From Dictyostelium discoideum (taxonomy: Eukaryota): a stretch of DNA of 64,000 bases. Location of the stretch: assembly GCA_000004695.1 (NCBI GenBank), contig CM000153.2, forward strand, positions 3,488,001 to 3,552,000, written 5' to 3'. Position 1 is the stretch's first letter, and every line of letters begins with the position of its first letter. The position numbers and the translations under genes were made by a program. A model generated the notes under the pieces. The model made no database searches and had not been told where the DNA came from. It saw only the letters and a list, made by a program, of their open reading frames with translations. Below, in pieces: positions 55,230 to 64,000 of the stretch.

Positions 55230-57426
55230 TAGGCTTTCATGAAAAAAAAAAAAAAAAAAAAAAAAGTTTAATTTCTCTTCAAATGGATAAATTCCAACCT
55301 TTTAAAAAAAAAAAAAAAAAAAAAATATAAATAAGAAAAAAAATTAAAAAAAAAACAAATATATAAATTTTTTTTTTTTATAGTTTCTAAATTTAATGTG
55401 TATATTACAAAAACAACTCCAGCTCATAAATAAATAAATAAATAAAATTTTTTTAAAATAAAAAAAAAAAAAACCAAACCTCTCACTGTTTCTTTTTTTT
55501 GTGTCAACTGATTTTCCAGATCACGATTATTTTTATTTTTATTTTTTTTCAGAAAATTTTTCATCCAACCAAACTCTCTTTTCAATGATTGGCCAACGGC
55601 TTACGGTCTAAAATTTGAATTTAATTTAATTTCGTAATCAGGAGTAGCCATTGGGCAACTATTCCTTTTTTTTTTTTTTATATTTTTATTTTTTATTTTT
55701 TTTCTAATCAATTTTCACCTACCCACACAAAAGGATCTATTTTTTTTTTTTTTTTTTTTTTTAATTTTTAAAATATCTGAAAAAAAAAAAAATTAAATAA
55801 AAAAAAATAATGGTAAAAATAAATTATAATAAAACAAATGAGTAATAAATACTTTTTGATTATTTAAAAACCACAAAATTTTATTAATTAATTTTTTGTG
55901 ATTGGTTGTGATAATTTAATTGGATTTAAAATGTTAATATTCCCAAAATAAAACTAAAATCTATGCACCCTGGGCCCAATCATTTTATTATGCAGGAGAA
56001 AGAATTTGACAAATTATAAATTTTATACCTTTAGTGATTGAAATTTCCAAATATTATTCAACCTGGATTTTTAAAAATATTTGGATAAAAAGATAGTTAG
56101 AGTAGATATAATAGTAATGGATTGAAACAAATTCAAAAGTTGAAAATAATAAAAGAAAAACATTCACACCATTTACTTATTTTTTCAAAACATAAATAAA
56201 CAAAAATGATAACAAATACAATTTAATTAAATTTTTTTTTTTTTTTATATTTTTATATTTTTAATTTTACTTTATTATTATTTAGTTTTATTGGATTTTT
56301 TATTAAAAAAAAAAAAAAAAAAAAAAAAGAAATTTATTTTACATGATTAATTATTTGTTTTTTTTAAATATAAAATTTATTCTTCTAATATTTCTAAAAC
56401 CTTTTTCTCTTTGTTAATTAATGCCATTTGTGGTGGTTTTGATTGTTCAGGTCTAGGTGTTAATCTTTTTCTTCTTCCTTTACTTGGTTCAGTGCTTTGG
56501 TTTGATTGAGTAGCATCTTTTAGATTAATTAAATTTACTATTTTTTAATTTATAAAAATAAATATTAATATTAATTTTCTGTGTTTTCCATAGGTTTTTT
56601 TTTTTTTTTTAAACAATTACATTTGTTGAAACCAATATTCATTTTACAGTTTTATTTTTATCTATATTTTATTAAACAAAACAAAAAAAAATTCTTTACT
56701 TTTTTTTTTTTTAATTTATTTGTTTTTTTTTTTTTTTATTTTTAATATTTTTATTTTATTTTATTTAAATTTTAATTTTAATTTTTATTTTTATTTTTAA
56801 AAAAAATAATGTAAAAGAGTTGCGACTAGGGGATATTAATTGTAAATCAAATATCATATATTTAATTTTTTTTATTTTTTTCCATATATTTTTCTTTTAA
56901 TAATAAAGTGAATGATTTCTTTAAAAAACCAATATTAACATTCTTATAATTATCTTTATTCTATTTATATATGTACCACACAAATAAAAAAAAAAAAATC
57001 AAAAATTAAAAAAAAAAAAAAAAAAAAATGGTTTATTGGTTTTTGTTTTTATTTAACAGATAAAATAAAAATTAATACAATAAAAAAAAAAAAACAAAAA
57101 AAAAAAACAAAAAAAAAAATAAACTTTTTAAAAGTGCATGGTTTTGAAATTCAAAATATAAAAGAGATAGCATTTTCCAAACATTTTTTTTTTCTTTTTT
57201 TTTAAAATAAAAAAATATGTCAATATCACAAACATAAATAAATATGTCAATATCACAAACATAAATAATAAAAATGGAATAATAGTAATAAAAATAATAA
57301 CAAAAATAATAATATATTGTTTTGGAAGTGGATATAATTTTAATAACCATTAGATATTAATGATTATTAATAAAAAAAAAAAAAAATCACAAATCTTAAA
57401 CCATAAAATTTTACTATCTTTACTAG

Positions 57427-57484
<58 letters not shown>

Positions 57485-57566
57485 TTTCATTTTTCAAAAA
57501 ACGACACTCCAAATTTTTTTTTTTTTTTATTTATATATAGATTGTTATTAATTTTATTCATCAAAA

Positions 57567-59171
57567 ATGTCAACAAAAGAAAAATCACATAAAAAAGAAT
57601 CAACTAAAAAAAAATTAGAAGAGAAATCAATAGCCTTACCAAAAACCAAAAAAGTTGAAGAAACTTCAACCACCACCACCACTATTGAATCAAAATCTAA
57701 AAAAGTAGAGAAAACTAAAAAAGCAGAAGAAAATAAAAAAGTAGAAGAATCTATAACAACACCAAAAACTAAAAAAGATAAAACTAAAAAAGAAACTTCA
57801 GCCACCACCACCACTGAACAAAAAGCCAAAAAAGTAGAGGAAACTTCAGCCACCATCACCAAAACAACACCAAAAACTAAAAAAGATGAGAAAAATAAAA
57901 AAGTAGAAGAAACTTCCACAGAATCAAAAGTTAAAAAAGCTGACAAATCAAAAAAAGTTGAAGAAAAGAAAACCGCACCCGCACCCGCACCACCACCAAA
58001 AGAAAATAAAACAACCACAATAAATAAAAAACAAAATGAAAAAGTTGAACAAACTAAAAAACCACAACAACTACAACAACAAAAACAACAACAAAAAAGA
58101 AAATTAGAAGAAATTGAAAGTTCATCATCAGAATCAGAATCAGAGGAAGATTTAGGATATGTACCAGATAGTAGTGATGATTCAGATGATGATTCAGATT
58201 TTGATGAAATTCAAGCAGATTTTGATATAGTACCAAGTGTTGATAAAGATTATCATTCAATCAAAAATATGATAGTAAGATTAGTACCATATAATGAAAC
58301 ATTGAAATTCAATGCAGGTGAATTAACCGATCTAATCATTGAACAAGCCACAAAAAAGAAATTTGGTAGATCAATTAATATTGATGGTTCTGAAGACCCA
58401 TATGGTTTCATATCAATTTTAAATTATCAATTAGTTAAGAATCAACCAACAATTCAAGGTTATATAGATTACATCAATGAGAAATTATTAGAACCTGAAG
58501 AAACATTCATTGATTCCAAATTAGCTGGTGGTGAAAAATCAATGAAATCATATCTCTCAAAATTATTAAATCAATCTAAAACCAATCAATTGGGTTTAAT
58601 TTTCTCTGAACGTTTTATAAATATACCAAATCAATTGGCTCATCCAATTTATCAATTTATGCAATTCGATGTTGAATTAATGCAAGAAAAAAATAATGAT
58701 AAAAATTATGATTTTAAAAATTATTTGGTTTTTACTTCATTTGGTATAACTTCAAAACCAAATGAAGAAGATCAATTACCACCACCATCAAAATCAATGA
58801 ATGTTGATGATGATGATGATGATAGTGAAGATCATGATGAACAACCAATTAAAAAATCAAAATCAAATAAAGGTACAATTAATAAAAAAGAAAATAAATC
58901 TAAAAATCAAAAATCAACAATAGTTGAACAACAACAACAAGAAGTTGAAGAAGTTGAAGAAGGTTTAGTTTTATATCAAAAATGTGAAGATAAATACTTT
59001 AGAGAATATGCTTCAGCTTGGTCAACTTTTGATATTCCATATCTTTATGGAAAAGGTTCAAAATGGACTCTTTACTCAAATATGATTAAAAAAGGTTTAA
59101 TTATGATTATTCCAGCTTCAAAATATCAACAATTTTTAAATGATTTAAAAGAAAAAGCAATTTATGATTAA
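57567..59171 (+). CDS. BCCIP/Bcp1-family protein (BRCA2- and CDKN1A-interacting-protein homologue) with a long K/E-rich N-terminal extension, 534 aa.
   Basis: Blocks that align to metazoan BCCIP: DFDIVPSVDKDYHSIKNMIVRL, AGELTDLIIEQ, YGFISILNY, LGLIFSERFINIPNQLAHPIYQF, and the C-terminal KWTLYSNMIKKGLIMIIP. The N-terminus is a KKVEE/TTTT repeat region. Confidence 0.8.
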   Translation: MSTKEKSHKKESTKKKLEEKSIALPKTKKVEETSTTTTTIESKSKKVEKTKKAEENKKVEESITTPKTKKDKTKKETSATTTTEQKAKKVEETSATITKTTPKTKKDEKNKKVEETSTESKVKKADKSKKVEEKKTAPAPAPPPKENKTTTINKKQNEKVEQTKKPQQLQQQKQQQKRKLEEIESSSSESESEEDLGYVPDSSDDSDDDSDFDEIQADFDIVPSVDKDYHSIKNMIVRLVPYNETLKFNAGELTDLIIEQATKKKFGRSINIDGSEDPYGFISILNYQLVKNQPTIQGYIDYINEKLLEPEETFIDSKLAGGEKSMKSYLSKLLNQSKTNQLGLIFSERFINIPNQLAHPIYQFMQFDVELMQEKNNDKNYDFKNYLVFTSFGITSKPNEEDQLPPPSKSMNVDDDDDDSEDHDEQPIKKSKSNKGTINKKENKSKNQKSTIVEQQQQEVEEVEEGLVLYQKCEDKYFREYASAWSTFDIPYLYGKGSKWTLYSNMIKKGLIMIIPASKYQQFLNDLKEKAIYD

Positions 59172-59352
59172 ATAAATAAATTAATATTAATAATAATAAT
59201 TTTTTAAAAAGTTTAAATATTTATTTTTAATGTTACCAAATATATTTATTTATTTTTTATTATATTAATACTTTTTATTTTTTATTATTATTTTTTTTTT
59301 TATTAAATTTATTATTTGTTAATTTATTATTTATTTTTTACTATTGTTATTA

Positions 59353-61914
59353 TTATTTAATAAATCTTCTTTTACGATCCATTTCTTCTAATTGATTAAT
59401 TAAATTTGGATTTGAAGCTTTAATTAAATTTAATAAATTTACAACATAACGAATTGGATATTCATCATGTTGTTTTGCCCATTCGATGACATCTTTTTCA
59501 GAGAAAGCAGCCAATTGATAGAAACCTTTGATATATTCTTCAGCGAAAGAAATATTTGGAATTCTTACACCACCACTAATTTTTTCGAGACCATTTTTCA
59601 AGCTCATAACATCTTGAATCATAGTGGCACGACCTTCATTTGTACATTTTCTAATCTTTGAATAACCATCGACCACTTGTTGAATGAAATATTCGAAAGC
59701 CAATTTAACGATATGATCACGTAATGGACGATTAATGACAGGAGTATCAGTGAATTGAGTTGAATTGGCAACACATTTATCTAAACCATTAAAGAAAATT
59801 GTAAACTCTTTAATGAAAGCATCTACATATGAGCTTTTACCGGGATTACTAATTTTCATATCCCATTTAATATTTGAAATTGTATTTGAGAAATATTGAG
59901 GACTTGCTTGATGAGTGAAAATGGCACTAATTGTACATTTAATTAAATGACCTTGTAATCCAGGTATGATACCAATGATTGAATTATAGAATTCATTAAT
60001 ATTATCAGTCTGATTTGGTGGTAATAATTGTTCAAACAATGGTCTACAAACAATCAATGCCTCTGCAATGAATGATAATGATTCAATAGCTACCATACGA
60101 ACTGGTAAATTAAAAAATAATTTTGGATCACCTAATTGTAAACCAAAATAATTAATTTTACTTGGCACCCATTTAATTGATCCATCAGCTTGAATTGTTT
60201 GTTGTGGTGTAATTGGTGTTGTTGGTGAAATTTGTTGTGATTGTTGTTGTTGTTGTTGTTGTTGAGATTGTAATGATTGTTGAGATTGTTGTTGTTGTAT
60301 TGATTGTAATGATGAAGTTGAATTTGAAGATTGTAATGTACTATTATTATTATTATTATTTTGAGATTGTTGTGGCGATAAATTTGGTGAATTTATATTT
60401 GAAGCTATATTTTTAATTGAAGAATTTATAAATGATAAAGTTGATAATGGTGAAATATTAGTAATGTTTGAAATACCAGAGATACCAGACATTACAGTAT
60501 TAGCGGTTGAAGTTGCAATATTTGTAGCTAAATTTGGTGGTAAACCAACACGTTCTTTCATTTTATTGATAAATTTAGAGACTTGTGGTTTTGTAAATGA
60601 TAAATCTTCAAATTGTTTCTCAGAGATTGTTTTCTCCATTTTTGTAGTTAAAGCTTCTAAACTGAAACCTTGTGGATCTAAATAACCACTGAATGAATAA
60701 ACAGTGTACATATAGTATTCAACCAATTGACAAATTGAATTAAAGATATCAACAGAAATATGTGGTAACATTTCCATCATCTCCAAGTATTTACCAATGT
60801 ATCTTACAAAACTAATAGTTGCAGATGATACTAATACTAAAGTTTCATTAACACCACTACTACCACCACCACCACCACCATAAGAATTGTCTTGTTTTTC
60901 TTTTTCTTTTTGTTTTTTTTCTTTCTTTTTCTTTATTGATTGATTATCATTATTGTTATCGTCATCAGAATCTTGATCTTCTTGAATATAATCTTGTTTT
61001 AATTCTTCATTTTCATCATCATCACTATCTTCATTATCTTTTAATTTTGTATCTTTTTTATTTTGATTAGTGGTTGCTGTTGTTGTTGTTGCTGTTGCTG
61101 CTGTTGTTGTAGAAGTTGATTTTAAAGTTGGAGAAGTTTGATTTGAAGGTAATCTATTCTTTTTATAAGATATTAATTCAGAGAAAGGGTTTCCTTTTTC
61201 TTTAATTGATTGAAATAATTGATCACCTCTTAAACGATCAGTATGAGAAACCTTTTGTTTTTTATTTAAACGTAATTCAGTTTTAGCATTGAAATCAGCA
61301 CCAACCGGTATTGAATTCCAAGGTTCATTCTCTAACATTGTACGTAAATCATCGACACGAGTACGATGAAAATTATCGAGATAAGTTTTACTTTGATTAA
61401 TGATCAATTGTTTCAATTGATGTGATGGATGACCACTAAACTCTTCACCAATCTCTGATATCTTTGTGACGGAATTTAAAACCAATAGGAAATCATCGAT
61501 TTTAAAATTTGATAGTTTTCTTGGTGCCAATAGATAGGAGACTTGTTTTTGCATGGTATCCCAAATGGTTGTTTTAAATCTTGTCAATGCCGCTGTAATA
61601 TCTTCAAATATTTTACTCTCTTCATGAAATTGATTCACCATATGAAATTGATTCATTAAATATAAACTTGCCATTAAATCACAAAGATATTCAAATACTG
61701 CCAATAAACAATTTACAAAATGATCATCCTTTAACTCTCTACATAATTCTTTATAACCTAATCCTTTAACTCTCTCTGGATTCATAATATTCTCTTCTGC
61801 TAATAAAACATGTGAATATACAATATTTCTAGTTTCTGGTTCAATTGGATCAACAAAATAACTTTGTAATTTATCTAAAATTCTATTTGCTCTACCTAAT
61901 AATTTATAACTAAA

Positions 61915-61951
<37 letters not shown>

Positions 61952-62846
61952 TAATTAATTATTAATTATTATTATTATTTATTTATTATTATTAATACAT
62001 ACGCTTGAAATACTCTTGAATAAGTTGTTGAATTAAAATCTCTACAACTTATTAAGAAATCTTTATCAATACGTTCTTGAACTACATGATAAATTTCTTG
62101 TAAATTTTTATCTAAATCAGGTACACAATTATAATGAAGATGTTGAGTGATTGTTCTTCTACATTCTAGATAATATTTGATAGTTGCAGGATAATCACCA
62201 TCAGATAATGTTTGTTTTAATAATCTTTCCAAATGAACGATCTCTCTAATTTGTGATAGATCCATATACATTTTAGTGAGTAAATTACGTTTGGTATATT
62301 TTGACATTATGATGAAAGCAGTTTGAGTTAAATTCTTTTTAGTTTGTGATAATGTTCTACGACCATTTGAACACATTACGGTTGAACGTTGAAGTTCAAC
62401 ACCGATTTCATGAATTTGTGACATACCTTGGACGAATTCTGTATAGTTTTCACGCACCCTATTGTATAATTTCGAATTTACATAATCCATTGCACGTGTG
62501 AATTGTTTGACATTACTATCTAAGAATATCGAGAACTCACTGGAACTATTGTTAACATTGGGTGGTAATAAATCTAAAATGAATTGAGTTGTATCGAATT
62601 TTGGGTCAAAGAAACCTGCTGGTGTTATCTTTAAAAATTCTTCTTCCGTTAATGATGGCTTTGTATCACTAATCAATTCCATATAGTATTGAGTTTTATT
62701 TGGTTTCTTTGATCCTGAATCACCCAATTCAACACCAATAATATTTGCTGCTGCATTAAATGTTTTCTTTGTAACTGTTTCAACTTCATCTATCTTTGCT
62801 TTCAATCTTGAAACATCAAATTTAAATGGCAATGGTAATGACGACA

Positions 62847-62847
<1 letters not shown>
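59353..62847 (-). CDS. Syndetin/VPS50 (CCDC132)-like subunit of the EARP/GARPII tethering complex, belonging to the Vps54 superfamily, about 1133 aa. Two exons: 62847..62003 and 61909..59353.
   Basis: The ORFs 61975-62973 and 59353-61785 are joined by a 93-bp intron: donor CAAGC|GTATGT, acceptor atttattttAG|T. The junction produces ...RVFQAYKLLGRANRILDKLQSYF, which parallels human syndetin ...[22 protein letters not shown]. Other matching blocks are MCSNGRRTL (vs ICTNGRRHL), DYPATIKYYLECRR (vs DYPGAIQLCLECQK), and the C-terminal KCTNEGRATMIQD...EYIKGFY (vs KCSNEGRALMQLD...TYIKAYY). The real start is the ATG after the poly-A run (MSSLPLPFKF), not the upstream poly-F ORF start. Confidence 0.75.
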
Positions 62848-62877
<30 letters not shown>

Positions 62878-62910
62878 TGAAATTATTATTTTAAAAAAAA
62901 AGTATATTAA

Positions 62911-62948
<38 letters not shown>

Positions 62949-63012
62949 CAAACACAAACACAAATACAAACAAATCGAATTTGATTTATGTATTTGGTGA
63001 ATTGCAATTTGG

Positions 63013-63075
<63 letters not shown>

Positions 63076-63339
63076 CTTTTTTTAAAATTAAAAAAATAAA
63101 AAAAAAAAAATTAAAAAAAAAATACAAAAATTAAAAAAAAAAAAAAATCAAAAACTGGTTAAAAAACGACCAAATTTTTTTTTTTTATTTTTTTTTATTA
63201 TTTAAAAATAAATTAATTCTGGCACATTTTGTTAAAAAAAAACGAAAAAAAATTAAAAAAAATCCAGATTACTATTTATATTATTTAATTGGAAACTATT
63301 ATTTATATAGATATAGATATATATATATAATATTACAGG

Positions 63340-63677
63340 ATGAATAGTTTATTTAAAAGAATTAATACCATTCAAATTAATACTTATCAAATTTCAAATA
63401 CATTTTTTAGAAATTATGCAAAATCAACACCACTTCAGAAATTGGTTGATGACCAAGAAAAAAACTTTTTATTAGCTAATAAAAATATTATTTCTGTTTC
63501 TTTATTTAAAGATTTTCATCAAGCTTTATTTGATAGTGTTGACCAAGAATTATTAGTGGGATCTAAAAAATTACCAATATCTAGGTAAGACCACACTATT
63601 ACTACTACCACGTCACTCACCAATAATTATCTAATAATACTACCACACATACACACAAACACACACAAACACACACA

Positions 63678-63718
<41 letters not shown>

Positions 63719-64000
63719 TTTACTAATATTTAAATATTGAAATTTTATAGATATTTGATTAAAACATCATTTGAAACTAGAGAAAAAGCAGCAGAATTTT
63801 TTAAACAGGCAAAAAAATTTGTAAAAAAACATATAGAAGAAACTGATGAAAAAAAAAAATTACAAAGAGAAAAAGATAAAGAAAATGAAAATGAAAATGA
63901 AAATGAAAATGAAAATGAAAATGAAAATGAAAATGAAAAAGAAAATGAAAATGAAAATGAAATTGAAAATGGAAATGAGAAAATAATAGGGGAAAGAAAA
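63340..64000 (+). CDS. 5' part of an unidentified gene that runs off the window end. Exon 1 is 63340..63584; exon 2 starts at 63751 and continues beyond 64000. The product becomes a K/E-rich protein with an (EN)n tract.
   Basis: The ORF MNSLFKRINTIQ...KKLPIS ends at ag|GTAAGA. The intron 63585-63750 contains a (CA)n/(TA)n stretch. The acceptor ttttatAG|A restores the frame: R-YLIKTSFETREKAAEFFKQAKKFVKKHIEETDEKKKLQREKDKENENEN... is open to the window end. A (GAAAAT)n repeat is present. Confidence 0.5.

Noticed and set aside
55440-55690. A moderately complex segment downstream of the Galpha gene (..ccaacggcttacggtctaaaatttgaa..aatcaggagtagccattgggcaact..).
   Set aside because: It has no ORF and no recognisable RNA fold motif by eye; it is most simply 3'UTR or terminator-region sequence of the Galpha gene.
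61975-62973. The N-terminal extension MFVFVFVFGFFFFFFFFFLKK...KKKKKKKK of the syndetin ORF, and the 810-aa ORF's Met at 61785 taken as a separate gene start.
   Set aside because: The extension is a translation through a poly-A/poly-T promoter tract; the real start is the downstream ATG (MSSLPLPFKF) at 62847. The 61785 Met is internal, because the frame is open upstream to a clean acceptor at 61909 that joins the two ORFs.

Overview
This window is nuclear genomic DNA of a social amoeba, almost certainly Dictyostelium discoideum. It is about 78% A+T, with long poly(A)/poly(T) tracts, (AAT)n and (CAA)n codon repeats that give poly-N and poly-Q proteins, and short AT-rich introns with GTAAGT/GTATGT donors. 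It is not prokaryotic, so CRISPR and operon logic do not apply. I built about 20 protein-coding gene models by reading across introns that the six-frame ORF track cannot join.

Housekeeping genes I can assign to families, ordered by confidence:
- Galpha subunit, most likely Galpha4 (gpaD), 3 exons.
- GH20 beta-hexosaminidase.
- GH35 beta-galactosidase, with a separate signal-peptide exon.
- AMPK-related kinase with a KA1 tail.
- BCCIP/Bcp1 homologue.
- Syndetin/VPS50-like EARP subunit, 2 exons.
- AMPK gamma (CBS-domain) subunit, 3 exons.
- NDUFA12, 3 exons.
- Pro-rich RhoGAP.
- ML-domain/NPC2-like lipid-binding protein.
- PPM/PP2C-like phosphatase.
- N/Q-rich protein carrying a C-x8-C-x5-C-x3-H zinc finger.

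The most unusual content is in the first about 18.5 kb. Two unrelated predicted extracellular protein families occur there as adjacent gene pairs, amplified three to four times. Family L is a set of signal-peptide, heavily N-glycosylated type-I membrane proteins of about 600 aa with a Thr/Pro stalk and a conserved acidic cytoplasmic motif. Family S is a set of about 260-aa secreted proteins. The cluster also holds a promoterless, internally deleted tandem duplicate of one L gene (a pseudogene) and a truncated L copy at the window edge. I do not recognise either family by name.

Other observations:
- A 6.6-kb interval with no plausible gene, carrying TG/CA-rich tracts.
- A GC-richer island with a perfect 14-bp palindrome upstream of the Galpha gene.
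- Several splice acceptors preceded by A-runs rather than pyrimidine tracts.
- A 240-bp (TAATAG)n microsatellite inside an NDUFA12 intron.

All coordinates come from hand counting and could be off by a base or two at splice sites.
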